Shown: piece by piece, positions 30,158-39,771 of the stretch
How the letters are laid out: every line of letters starts with the position of its first letter
How positions within the stretch are numbered: position 1 is the first letter of the stretch
NCBI GenBank assembly: GCA_963663895.2
Contig: CAXXRD010000002.1
Coordinates: 128,001-192,000 of the forward strand
Source: Dehalococcoidia bacterium
GTDB taxonomy: Bacteria > Chloroflexota > Dehalococcoidia > Bin125
Direction: 5' to 3'
Length of the DNA stretch: 64,000 nucleotides
Position numbers and translations under genes: made by a program
Notes under the pieces: generated by a model
Database searches by the model: none
What the model was told of the DNA's origin: nothing
The model's input: only the letters and a program-made list of their open reading frames with translations

Positions 30158-30748
30158 ATGCTGCGGCATCACCGGGACCGATTCGAGGCCGAACGGCTCC
30201 GGCACGAACTGATGGGGATGGGTATCGGCCGGGAGTCGCCGCTCGCCCGGCTGACCCCGATGCGCGCTGTGGTGATCATGGCGGCGATCGTTGCGGTGCT
30301 CGCTCTGATCACGGTCATCACCGGCGGAAGCGGACTCTTCAGCGGCGACGCCTACGCGGACAACGTGCGAGCGCTGTCCGCAGAGTTACGAGCGAACGAT
30401 CTGGGGCTCCAACCCACGCGCGCCGCCTGCCTCGCAGGGACCGCTGGCAGCTGCGCCGATCACCAGCTGAACATGAACGGACAGGCGAGGCGCGTCGACA
30501 ACCAGATCGCCGCCCTCTTCGGCTTCGACTTGCCCAGGGAGGCAGCCAACCTCAACGCCGATTACATCCTCGCTCTGCAGACGCTAGAGGCCAGCTACCG
30601 CGCAGAAGCGCAGGCGCTGGAAAACGGCGATCGGGAGGAGTTTGCCGCCGCGGCCGCCGAGACGGCGGCGGCGCTGGAGCGAGAGGCCGCCTTGATCGAG
30701 CAGCTCAACCGGGACTTCCCGTCGGCGGCGCCGATCCCTGAGCCCTAG
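30158..30748 (+). CDS. Membrane-anchored helical hypothetical protein (paralog of the next gene)
   Basis: One TM segment, CLAGTAGSC motif, RBS AAGGAG. Confidence 0.75.
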   Translation: MLRHHRDRFEAERLRHELMGMGIGRESPLARLTPMRAVVIMAAIVAVLALITVITGGSGLFSGDAYADNVRALSAELRANDLGLQPTRAACLAGTAGSCADHQLNMNGQARRVDNQIAALFGFDLPREAANLNADYILALQTLEASYRAEAQALENGDREEFAAAAAETAAALEREAALIEQLNRDFPSAAPIPEP

Positions 30749-30781
30749 CCCACGCCAGCAAGGCGAGCGGAGGGCAAGCGC

Positions 30782-31294
30782 ATGCTTGCAACGGATTGGC
30801 GCCCGCGCGCGGTGGTCATCACCGCGATCGCGGCCGTGGTGCTGGTTCTGGTCGTGCTCACGAACGGCAGCAGCTCCGTCGTTAACGTGGAGGCATTCGC
30901 GCAAGACGTGCAGCGGCTCACCACGGAAGCGAACGCCGATTTCGATCGGATCGCACCGGTGGCGATCGAACGCAGCTGCGCGGCGGGCGACGCCGGTGCC
31001 TGCGACCAGCACGCGGCGCACGCCGCAGCGGCCGCCGCCCGCATCGAGGATCTGTTTGCTGCGTTGGCGCAGTTGCCGCTGCCCGGCGAAGCGCGGGGCT
31101 GGGCCGATGACTACGTCGAGGCGCTGGCAGCGCTACGCGACGGCTGGCAAGCTCAGGCAGAGGCCTTGGCGGCGTCGGATAAGGCAGCGTTCGATACGGC
31201 GCGCGCGGCGACGATCGAAGCGCGCGCACGCGAGCAGCGTCTCCGGTTGCAGTTCGAACGAGACTACGCGGAAGTCCTCACCGCGCGTGCGTAA
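30782..31294 (+). CDS. Membrane-anchored helical hypothetical protein (paralog of the previous gene)
   Basis: One TM segment, CAAGDAGAC motif, RBS GGAGG. Confidence 0.75.
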   Translation: MLATDWRPRAVVITAIAAVVLVLVVLTNGSSSVVNVEAFAQDVQRLTTEANADFDRIAPVAIERSCAAGDAGACDQHAAHAAAAAARIEDLFAALAQLPLPGEARGWADDYVEALAALRDGWQAQAEALAASDKAAFDTARAATIEARAREQRLRLQFERDYAEVLTARA

Positions 31295-31446
31295 GATCAC
31301 AGCGCCCTATCCAGACCGCCCGGCCGATACCCTCGCAGGAACGCCGTCGCAGGCAGGGCAAATCGAGGCGGCGATTCGGGGCGGCGCCATCCTGCGATCG
31401 ATCGCGAACTGCAAGGGGCAGGCCAGCGCTGATTGCGTCCCCTGTC

Positions 31447-32214
31447 CTAGCGAAAAAGATCCAGCTCCGTCGCCCGGATCAGCCCGCGATGGTCGAACTC
31501 TTCGACCGCGATATCCAGACCGCGAAGAACGGCGGCAGGAATACGGTCGAGCTTGTTCATGACGAGTTCCGCTGCCGCCGCGATCTCGTCGGCGACGGCC
31601 AGCACGGTCACGCGGAGGTCGTAGCCCTCTGCATCGCGCTGGCCGACGTAGTCGCGCAAAGGATTCATGCCGCTGACGCCGATCGCCACATTGGTCAGGC
31701 CCTCGCGCCAGGGCCGACCGAAGGTGTCGCTGATAATGACAGCGACATCAGACTGACCGGCCGCGGCGAGACCGCGACGGATCTGAGCCGCCGAGGCGCT
31801 GGCGTCCACCGGAAGCAGCGTAACCGCGTCGCCGCCGCCGACGTTGGAGGCGTCGACGCCCGCGTTGGCGCAGACCCATCCTTGCTCCGTCTCCGAGAGA
31901 ATGAGGCCTCGCTCCATTCGGAGGATCCGCTTGCTCTCGCGCAACACCACTTCAACCTGGCGCGGGTCGCGGTCCCACTGCTCGCCAAAGGCCTGCGCCT
32001 CCGGGCGCGGACGGATCCCTGCCAGCGACACGATCCGCCCCTCGGCCTTGCTCACAACCTTTTGCGTGACGACAAGGACGTCGCCCGCAACCAGCGGCGT
32101 GCCTTGGCCGCGCAGAGCGACATCCAGTAGCGCGGCGACATCGTCGCCGGGGCGCACTTCAGGCAACCCGTGGATCGGGAAGATACGGAGTTCGGGCGGA
32201 TGTGGCTGCTCCAT
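31447..32214 (-). CDS. cofE: F420-0:L-glutamate ligase
   Basis: GLPEVRPGDD, TQKVVSKAEG, ANAGVDASN, DTFGRPWR.G. Confidence 0.94.
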   Translation of the reverse strand: MEQPHPPELRIFPIHGLPEVRPGDDVAALLDVALRGQGTPLVAGDVLVVTQKVVSKAEGRIVSLAGIRPRPEAQAFGEQWDRDPRQVEVVLRESKRILRMERGLILSETEQGWVCANAGVDASNVGGGDAVTLLPVDASASAAQIRRGLAAAGQSDVAVIISDTFGRPWREGLTNVAIGVSGMNPLRDYVGQRDAEGYDLRVTVLAVADEIAAAAELVMNKLDRIPAAVLRGLDIAVEEFDHRGLIRATELDLFR

Positions 32215-32237
32215 CGCCGCCCTTCGCTGCAGCTGCG

Positions 32238-32900
32238 CTAGACGCCGACCATTTGCACGGCGGCCTGGGCTTTGTAGCGCCGGTTGATCCCCAGGATCAG
32301 CGCCGTGAGGCCCTCCACGAATCGCGACATGGCGAGCGGCCCCGCGTCCACGGGACGCAGGTCGGCCATCTGCTCGATCATCTGGATCACCTGCTGTTTC
32401 GCAGACCCGTCGTCGCCAGTGACCAGCACGTCGCCCTCCATGGGCTGGCTGAGGTCCTGCAGCTTCTTGGCGCTGAGATTATGGAAGGCGCCGACCACGC
32501 GCGCGTCCGGCAAGAGCGCCTGCGCCTGCTCGGTCGCGCTGCCTTGCGGGACATCTTCAACGGCGGGGACGCCATCTTTGAAGATCAGGGGAACCGCCGC
32601 GTCGATGACCACCTTGTTGCCGATCGGTTCGCGCAGATCGCGGAGCGTCGCCTCGTGCCCATCGAACGGGACAACGATGATGACGCTGTCACAGTTCGCG
32701 ACCACATCGGCGTTGACGGCCCCGGCGGCGGCGGCCGTGCCGCCGACCGCAGCAACGGCATCGCGGACCGCCGCCGCCGCCGCCGCCGCCCGCTCGGGCT
32801 TCCGCGATCCGATACGCACCTCCTCGCCGGCGAGCGCGAGACGCATCGCCAAGCCCAGCCCCTCGGGCCCCGTACCGCCAATCAAGCCGATAGTCCCCAC
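32238..32900 (-). CDS. npdG: NADPH-dependent F420 reductase
   Basis: IGGTG.EG.GLA.R, GSR, VGAFHNLSA, DAGPL, VEGLTA.I..IN. Confidence 0.93.
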   Translation of the reverse strand: MGTIGLIGGTGPEGLGLAMRLALAGEEVRIGSRKPERAAAAAAAVRDAVAAVGGTAAAAGAVNADVVANCDSVIIVVPFDGHEATLRDLREPIGNKVVIDAAVPLIFKDGVPAVEDVPQGSATEQAQALLPDARVVGAFHNLSAKKLQDLSQPMEGDVLVTGDDGSAKQQVIQMIEQMADLRPVDAGPLAMSRFVEGLTALILGINRRYKAQAAVQMVGV

Positions 32901-33042
32901 TTAACGCCTCCCCTGATGCTGTTCGTTGGATCCACCCGATCGGCCAGGCACGGTTCGTTGCCCGCCCGATCGGCCGCGTGAAACAATAGCAAGCTGCGGC
33001 GCACGCGCGAGTCATGACCACGCGCCAAGCGCTTAGGGAACC

Positions 33043-33909
33043 ATGGTTGAGGTCTCCACACCGCGCGGCCCGGCGGCGCGCGCCGGTCCTCCAGCGCATG
33101 CGCCGACAGCCCTCGCGCTGCAGCTGCGGGCAGTGAGCGTCCACTATCGCGGCGCGCCGGGTGCCGAGCTGACGGCCCTGGAGCGCGTGTCCTTGGATGT
33201 CGCGCCCGGCGAATTCCTCTCGGTGGTCGGACCGAGCGGCTGCGGCAAGACATCGCTGCTCCGCGTAGCCAGCGGTCTGCTGCCACCCGGCGAGGGCACG
33301 GTGGAGATCGCTGGCGAATCGCCAGCCGAGGCGCAGCGCGGCAAACGGTTGGGGCTCGTGTTCCAAGAGCCGGCATTGCTGCCCTGGCGCGATGTGCGAT
33401 CAAACGTGCAATTGCCGCTCGAAGTCAATCGCAGCGCAAACGTCCGCCTTCCGGTAAGCGTCGAAGACCTCTTGCACCTGGTGGGCCTGTCGGATTTCGC
33501 CGCCTACCGGCCGCATGAACTCTCCGGCGGCATGCAGCAGCGGGTCGCCCTGGCGCGTGCGCTGGTTTTCTCGCCCCAGCTTCTGCTGATGGACGAGCCG
33601 TTCGGAGCGCTGGATGAGATCACGCGGGAGCAGATGCGCTACGAACTGCTCCGGATATGGGACTCCCCCATCGCAGGCGCGCGGAAGACCATCCTCTTCG
33701 TGACGCACAGCGTCGCGGAGGCGGTGGCGCTGTCCGATCGGGTGGCGATCATGAGCCGCTCCCCGGGCCGGATCAAGGCGATCGTGCCGATCGAGTTGGC
33801 GCGCCCGCGCACTCCCGCGGAAGAGCGATCGCGCGCCTTCCTCGACCACGTGGACCGTATCCGCGCCCTTCTGCGCGACGAACTCAGCCCCGCCCAGGCA
33901 CAGCAATGA
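33043..33909 (+). CDS. ABC transporter ATPase (SsuB/TauB-like)
   Basis: GPSGCGKT, LSGGMQQR, MDEPFGALD, FVTHS. Confidence 0.93.
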   Translation: MVEVSTPRGPAARAGPPAHAPTALALQLRAVSVHYRGAPGAELTALERVSLDVAPGEFLSVVGPSGCGKTSLLRVASGLLPPGEGTVEIAGESPAEAQRGKRLGLVFQEPALLPWRDVRSNVQLPLEVNRSANVRLPVSVEDLLHLVGLSDFAAYRPHELSGGMQQRVALARALVFSPQLLLMDEPFGALDEITREQMRYELLRIWDSPIAGARKTILFVTHSVAEAVALSDRVAIMSRSPGRIKAIVPIELARPRTPAEERSRAFLDHVDRIRALLRDELSPAQAQQ

Positions 33910-34760
33910 GCGAGCAAGCACGGTCCCGAGCGCTGGGACTGCCAGCGACTGCGCGGGTGCTGGGACGGTTCGGCTGGAGCACCGCGGGGCGCGCGGTTCT
34001 GCCCTACGTCCTGCCCCCTTTGATCGCGGCTGTTATCGCCGGTATCGCCTGGGAGCTCTGGGTGGAGCTGACCGACGTGAGCAAGTTCGTCGTGCCGCAA
34101 CCGTCGGCAGTGGCGGAGACGCTCTTCAAGGACTTCGGCTTCTTCATCACCGAAGGGCTGCGCACGCTATGGGTGGCCGTGGGGGGACTCGCACTTGGCA
34201 CGGGCATGGCCCTAGCGCTGGCGTCGCTGATGGCGCACTCGCGATGGCTGGAGCGGGCCCTGTTGCCGATCGCGATCGGAATCAAGGTGACGCCGATCGT
34301 GGCGGTGGCGCCGCTCTTCGTGATCTGGTTCGGCTTTGGCTGGGAGCCGAAGCTTGCGATCGCGGCGATGATCACGTACTTCCCGGTGCTGATCAACGCG
34401 ATCGTGGGGCTGCGGGACGTGGACCCGTCAGCGCTCGACTTCCTGCGATCGTTGCGCGCCTCGCCCCTCGAAGTCTACCGAACGCTCCGCCTGCCCAGCG
34501 CCCTGCCCTACCTGTTCGCTGCGCTGAAGATCGCGGCAACGTTGAGCCTCATCGGTGCGGTAGTAGCCGAGTTCTTCGCCGCCGGGCAGGGAGGGCTGGG
34601 CGCGGTGATCGCGATCGAGAACCGGGAACTGCGCCTGGACCGCCTGTTCGCCGCGGTCGTTATGCTAACCGGGATTGGCGTGCTTCTGAACATGGCGATC
34701 TCGATCGTGGAGCGCCTCTGGCTCTCTTGGCATCGGACCACCCTGACCATGCCACAGTAG
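33906..34760 (+). CDS. ABC transporter permease (SsuC/TauC-like)
   Basis: P.VAVAPL, FP...N...GL, LRLPSALP, GAVVAE. Confidence 0.92.
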   Translation: MSEQARSRALGLPATARVLGRFGWSTAGRAVLPYVLPPLIAAVIAGIAWELWVELTDVSKFVVPQPSAVAETLFKDFGFFITEGLRTLWVAVGGLALGTGMALALASLMAHSRWLERALLPIAIGIKVTPIVAVAPLFVIWFGFGWEPKLAIAAMITYFPVLINAIVGLRDVDPSALDFLRSLRASPLEVYRTLRLPSALPYLFAALKIAATLSLIGAVVAEFFAAGQGGLGAVIAIENRELRLDRLFAAVVMLTGIGVLLNMAISIVERLWLSWHRTTLTMPQ

Positions 34761-34800
34761 CTTGGAGCGCAACGATCTAGCAGGCGAAAGGGCGAGGCCC

Positions 34801-35133
34801 ATGAATGATTCCTCCGTCACAGAGGAGACCGGAGCTGGAGATTCCGACGCCGCGGTAGCGGAGGCGCGCCTCCCCACCAAGCTGCGCGGCCGCGACATCG
34901 CGCGGGTCGTGATCAAGATCACCGGCGTCGACGACCTGTTGGAGATTGAGGGCGACGACGTCGACTTGGGCACGGATCTCAAGGTGCGCTACAAGCACCG
35001 GTTGGTGGCGGAGTTCCGGCGGGAGGCCATCGACGGCTGGTGGTACAAGGACGTCGTGCTCAACCACGCCCTGCCGTTCGGCGGAGAGGGGAACGCCGAA
35101 GATGTCGGCGACGTGGAAGGCCAGAACGACTAA
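34801..35133 (+). CDS. Hypothetical protein
   Basis: Protein-like composition; continues the ABC transcript. Confidence 0.6.
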   Translation: MNDSSVTEETGAGDSDAAVAEARLPTKLRGRDIARVVIKITGVDDLLEIEGDDVDLGTDLKVRYKHRLVAEFRREAIDGWWYKDVVLNHALPFGGEGNAEDVGDVEGQND

Positions 35134-35552
35134 GCCTCGACGATACGGAGGCGCGAGCGAGGCGTGTCGTAGTCGCAAGTGGCGCAACGGTAGGCGAGTG
35201 CAACGCGGTGGCCGCAGGCGGCATCGATCAAGCTGAGATCGTGGGCGGCGTGGCGCTCGCCCCAGAGCAGTAGCGCGCCCACCGCCACGCCGAGCCCGTG
35301 TCCCTTGGGCGTGAGGACGTACTCGTCGCGCGGAGGCGCCTGCGAGTAGGAGCGGCGGACGACAATACCAGCCCCCTCAAGGCGCCGCAGTCGATCCGCC
35401 AGGACGTTCGAAGCGATCCCCACCGCTGATTCGCGCAGCTCGCTGAAACGGGAGCGGCCGCGCAGCAAGTCGCGCACGATGAGCAGCGTCCAGCGATCCC
35501 CGACGAGATCGAGAGTCGCTCCAAGAGGATCGCGTTGGATGTGTCGGCGCAT
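35130..35552 (-). CDS. HxlR family winged-helix regulator
   Basis: LDLVGDRWTLLIVRD, RFSEL, LADRL..L, EY.LT.KG. Confidence 0.92.
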   Translation of the reverse strand: MRRHIQRDPLGATLDLVGDRWTLLIVRDLLRGRSRFSELRESAVGIASNVLADRLRRLEGAGIVVRRSYSQAPPRDEYVLTPKGHGLGVAVGALLLWGERHAAHDLSLIDAACGHRVALAYRCATCDYDTPRSRLRIVEA

Positions 35553-35671
35553 CGATCGTTGCACTAACGCTTGTCCCGGCTTTCGACGGTTGCATTTTAC
35601 AACCTACCGGCGCGGCGCCGGACGGTACGCTCGCGACCCGGGCAGGTACTCATACCTTCAGGAAGGCCATC

Positions 35672-36694
35672 ATGGGCGCCGTGCGATTCGCCGCCGTCAT
35701 TCTCTGGTCGCTCGCCGCTGTCGCTGCGCTCTCGGCTTGCGGCGGCGATGATGAGGGAAGCGCGCAAGAGCGTCTCTCGATCGAGTTCATGGCGGGCTTC
35801 CGAGCGCAGGCCAACCTGCCTTTCGTCGCCGTGTACGTTGCGCAAGCCCAGGGATTTTTCGACGATGCCGGCCTGGATGTCACGATCCGTCACGCGACGG
35901 AGGGGGAACACATCCGCCTATTGCTCTCGGGCGACGTGGACGTGACCACGCAGCCGGCATCCGAGTTGCTGCAGCGGCGCGCCGATCCCGGGGCACCGTT
36001 GGTCGCCGTAGCGCTGTTCGGGCAGCGCGGCGATCTGGGGTACGCGGTGCTGGAAGAGAGCGGGATCGAGACGCCGCGCGACTTCGCCGGCAAGACCGTG
36101 GGCTTCAAGGTGGTGGTGCAGGCCGAGTTCCTGGCACTCTTATCAGCGTACGAGCTCAGCGTCGACGATGTGGAGCTGGTCCCGGTCGGGTTCAACCCGG
36201 TCGTGCTGACGGAGGGACAGGTCGACGTCTATCCAGTGTTCCTCTCGAACGAGCCGGACACCCTCACCCGGGTCATCGGCGCGCCAGTGCGGGTATTCGA
36301 GGCGGCCGATGTCGGCGTGCCGACGTTGGGCGTGACCTACGCAGTTTCGGAGGAGTTCCTTGAGGGCGCAACGAATCGCGAGGCGCTGCGGCGTTTCCTC
36401 GCGGCGACGATGCGCGCCTTCGAGTTCGCCCTGGCCGATCCCGACGCCGCCATTGAGGCGACGCGCGCTTTCATCCCCGAGGACGCCGACCTGGAGCACG
36501 AGCGCTTCATTCTCACTACCGAACTCGGCAATGCCCTCTCGCCGCTGACCGCAGAGAACGGGGTGGGCTGGTTCACGCTGGCGCAGTTCCAAGCGCTGCA
36601 CGATCTGCTGCTGGCGTTCGGGGGGATCGAGCAAGCGATCACGGTCGAAGAAGCGATCGATCGGTCGATCTTAGAGGAGGCCTACGGCAACTAG
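35672..36694 (+). CDS. ABC substrate-binding lipoprotein, NMT1/THI5-like
   Basis: Lipobox LSAC, YVA...GFF...GLDV, GKTVG, NEP. Confidence 0.88.
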   Translation: MGAVRFAAVILWSLAAVAALSACGGDDEGSAQERLSIEFMAGFRAQANLPFVAVYVAQAQGFFDDAGLDVTIRHATEGEHIRLLLSGDVDVTTQPASELLQRRADPGAPLVAVALFGQRGDLGYAVLEESGIETPRDFAGKTVGFKVVVQAEFLALLSAYELSVDDVELVPVGFNPVVLTEGQVDVYPVFLSNEPDTLTRVIGAPVRVFEAADVGVPTLGVTYAVSEEFLEGATNREALRRFLAATMRAFEFALADPDAAIEATRAFIPEDADLEHERFILTTELGNALSPLTAENGVGWFTLAQFQALHDLLLAFGGIEQAITVEEAIDRSILEEAYGN

Positions 36695-36762
36695 CGCACC
36701 TCGACACGCCGACGCACCGCAGGGACCTGGGCAGTCCCGCGCGGATCGGCGGCAGTGCCGGC

Positions 36763-37278
36763 CTAGGTTGCGAGGGCCGCGGCTTCCTGCTTTTGCTGCC
36801 GCTTCTTCTGCGCAGGCGTGAGCTGGTCGTCGGGGTAGTGCTTCTTCTTGAGGAACTCCCGCTCCGGGAAGATGTGGACGGAGTCCCAGCCGCAGGCGTC
36901 TTCGCAGAGACGGCAGCCGGTGCAGTTCTTCTCGATCACAACGGCCTGGCCGAAGAAGTCGTTGGCCGCTTCGGTGAACTGCAACTCAAGGGCCTCGAAG
37001 GGACAGATGTTGATGCAGAGCTCACAGCCGCTGCCGATGCAGAGGTTGGCGTCGACTTGGGCTTTGGGCCACTCTTTCTTGGCGAACTTGCGGCAGATCT
37101 CGCCGACCTCGTCCAGGATGCACTCAACGGGACAAACGGCGCCGCAGGCACCGCAGTCGATGCAAAGCACCGGGTCGATGTAGTGGATGACGTTGCGGTC
37201 GCCATAAATGGCGTTGGTGGGGCAGCGATTCGTGCAAGCGGTGCAGCCGATGCAGGTTTCGATAATCTCGTAGGCCAC
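36763..37278 (-). CDS. Multi-[4Fe-4S] ferredoxin (four cluster motifs)
   Basis: Four CxxCxxC(xxxC)-type motifs; GTG 37278 behind AGGAG. Confidence 0.88.
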   Translation of the reverse strand: MAYEIIETCIGCTACTNRCPTNAIYGDRNVIHYIDPVLCIDCGACGAVCPVECILDEVGEICRKFAKKEWPKAQVDANLCIGSGCELCINICPFEALELQFTEAANDFFGQAVVIEKNCTGCRLCEDACGWDSVHIFPEREFLKKKHYPDDQLTPAQKKRQQKQEAAALAT

Positions 37279-37550
37279 GAACGCACTCCTACACGGCGAG
37301 CAGCTAGGCGTTGGGAAATCGCCGCCACTCAGTATATGAGGGGCTCGTGAAGCCGGGCAATCGCGACGCGCAACGCCAAGAGAGGGATCCCAGAGACAGT
37401 CCGGCACCGCCTCGCCAGACGAGGAGGCAAGTGCCGGCAAAAGATGAACGCACTCGGGACGGCAGTGCTACGATCTACCGTAGGTGCATAATGCGGGCGG
37501 CGGCACATCCCACTCTCCGCGCCTCAAGAGTGGGTAGAAATGCAGCCGCG

Positions 37551-38840
37551 ATGATCCCCATACCTGTACGTCCCGCTCTTACGCGAGCAGCGCTGCTACT
37601 CGCCTTGGCCACCGCCGTCGCGGTGGCGCTGGTTGCCTGCGGCGGCGGCGACGATGTCGATGACGGTGAGACCAGCGCCGCACCCGTCGACCAGACGCCG
37701 GTAGAGGAACAGGCTCCCGTCGAGCCGATATCTGTGGAGCCGGTGCCAGCCCCCGAGGACGAACCACCAGTCGAGGAAGAGCCCCCGGTCGAAGAAGAGC
37801 CGGTGGTGGTCCCAGACGCAGAGCGAGAGATGCTGGTCTACGGCGACTCTCTCGAGGGTGAGATCACGGTCGCCGGCGAGGAGCGTCAGTTCCGCTTCGA
37901 CGGCACCGAGAACGACCTTGTTCGGATCGTCGTGGACGGCAAGGACGGGATGGACCCGATCGTGACGCTGTTGGAGCCGAATCGCACCGAGATCGTGGTC
38001 AACGACGACCTCGGCACTTCCAATCGCGACTCCCTGATCATCGCAAGGCTGCCGACCACGGGGCTACAAGTCATCCGCGTCGGCGCATACGGGGAGTCCA
38101 TCGGACGATACGTCGTCCGGCTGGAGCTATTGCCGGAGGACGATGACGCCGACGATCGCATCTTGAGCCTCGGCGACGGATGGGCCGGGACCTTCTGGGC
38201 ACCGGGCGACACCGATACGTTCGAGTTCGCCGGCAACGCAGGCCAAACAGTGCGGGTGCGCGTTGATGGAGCGATCGGCGTCGACACGAAGATGGAGCTA
38301 TTTACGCCGGACGGGAACTTCTTAACGTCGGATGATGATTCCGGGCACGGCTTGGACGCGGAGATCGCATTGGAGTTGCCGGCGACCGGAGCCTACCGGG
38401 TGCAGGCCAGCGCGGTGGGAAACCGGATCGGCGACTACACCTTCAGCGCCGAAGAGCTGGGGGAGCCGACGCCCGGGCTCGCATCCGACCTTGAGGCGAT
38501 CGAGGCCGTGGGACTCACGTACCTCGTGGCGCTGCAAGGAGCTGACTCATTGACGATCTTTGCACTGGCGGGGCCAGAAGCGCTGGCGATCCGAGGCTGG
38601 GAGTCGCCGGAGGACGTCAGCCGCGACATCGACAAGCTGCAGTCGATCGGGCTAGCGGGGACGCAGGGAGAGATCATGTCGGTGATCGAAGGAGAGCGCG
38701 GACGCGTGGCGATCGAGCTGGATACCGGGGGAACGGAGCCAGACACGGTGCGGTTCGATCTGACCAACGTGAACGGGCAGTGGCTCGTGGACTTCGTGCA
38801 GCGCTTCTTCGTCGCCGTGGAGGACCCCGCCGCCTCCTAG
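37551..38840 (+). CDS. Lipoprotein with two PPC-like domains and a Pro/Glu linker
   Basis: Lipobox LVAC; two F.G..G..VR..VDG...D...L..P......DD repeats. Confidence 0.8.
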   Translation: MIPIPVRPALTRAALLLALATAVAVALVACGGGDDVDDGETSAAPVDQTPVEEQAPVEPISVEPVPAPEDEPPVEEEPPVEEEPVVVPDAEREMLVYGDSLEGEITVAGEERQFRFDGTENDLVRIVVDGKDGMDPIVTLLEPNRTEIVVNDDLGTSNRDSLIIARLPTTGLQVIRVGAYGESIGRYVVRLELLPEDDDADDRILSLGDGWAGTFWAPGDTDTFEFAGNAGQTVRVRVDGAIGVDTKMELFTPDGNFLTSDDDSGHGLDAEIALELPATGAYRVQASAVGNRIGDYTFSAEELGEPTPGLASDLEAIEAVGLTYLVALQGADSLTIFALAGPEALAIRGWESPEDVSRDIDKLQSIGLAGTQGEIMSVIEGERGRVAIELDTGGTEPDTVRFDLTNVNGQWLVDFVQRFFVAVEDPAAS

Positions 38841-38914
38841 ATCGTAGAGGCGGTTAAGGCGCAGGGCAGCTACGCTGCGGTCAGGTTTGTGGCGGGCCTT
38901 TAGAAACGGGCGCC

Positions 38915-39727
38915 ATGGCACGCCCTCCGGTCCCTGCTCGTCCCTCCCAACCGCTCCGTGTCATTGGACGGTGCCTCATTGCTCTGGCAGCGTTGGCTGT
39001 GGCCGCCGCCACCGGCTGGACCGCCGTCACAGCATACGGACCTAGCTCCGACGTCAACTCCGACCAAAGCCTATCTTCTCCATCGGCAGTCCAGCTGTTC
39101 GCAGGCTGGAACAACGTGCCCTATATGGGATTGACTCTGCCGCTGCCCGATGCCCTCAGCGACGTTCGCCCGCACGTGACCATCATTTGGCAATACGTCG
39201 CTGCGACACAGGAGTGGCGTGGCTGGCGAGAAGGCGTGCCCCTCAGGAGCGCACCGCTGGTCCAGCTTGAGAGGGGCAGCGCGTATTTCATGTACTCGAC
39301 CCAAGGCGGTCTCTGGACACAGCCGCTCGCGCCACCCTCCAACTCGCCCCAGCCGGGATCATTGCCGGGGGCTTGGGAAGTTGTCCTCAATCGCAGCGTG
39401 GAGACGTTTGGCCTGTCACAGAGCGTGCGCTTCGATGCAACCGGCAGCGGCGTCATGAGCCAGGCTGGCGGCGCGGAGCGCGCGTTTACCGTCGATAGCA
39501 CGGCGCTCGCCACGGTCGACCGGCTACTGCGTGATAACGACTTCTACCGCAACTGGCCGGGCTCCGCAGTGACGGGGTGCCCCGGTTGCTCCCTTTGGGA
39601 GATCACGATCCGTGACCCGAACGGCGGACAGATCGTATTGCAGGCCGACGACTTTGGCCTGAGTGGCACGCTCCGTGCACTGGTGGATCAGCTCTACGCA
39701 ATCCTGCTTGCAGCAGTGGGATGGTAG
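38915..39727 (+). CDS. Secreted hypothetical protein
   Basis: Signal peptide; L.AGWN.V.Y...IW.Y...TQ.W module; CPGC. Confidence 0.75.
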   Translation: MARPPVPARPSQPLRVIGRCLIALAALAVAAATGWTAVTAYGPSSDVNSDQSLSSPSAVQLFAGWNNVPYMGLTLPLPDALSDVRPHVTIIWQYVAATQEWRGWREGVPLRSAPLVQLERGSAYFMYSTQGGLWTQPLAPPSNSPQPGSLPGAWEVVLNRSVETFGLSQSVRFDATGSGVMSQAGGAERAFTVDSTALATVDRLLRDNDFYRNWPGSAVTGCPGCSLWEITIRDPNGGQIVLQADDFGLSGTLRALVDQLYAILLAAVGW

Positions 39728-39771
39728 CGGGCCCGGCCAACGAGCCGGCCGTGCCGTAGTTGGTGGGTGAA

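Noticed and set aside
32901-33042. TPP riboswitch before the THI5-like ABC genes (35565-35671 also checked)
   Set aside because: No CTGAGA or AACCTGA-type conserved cores are present.
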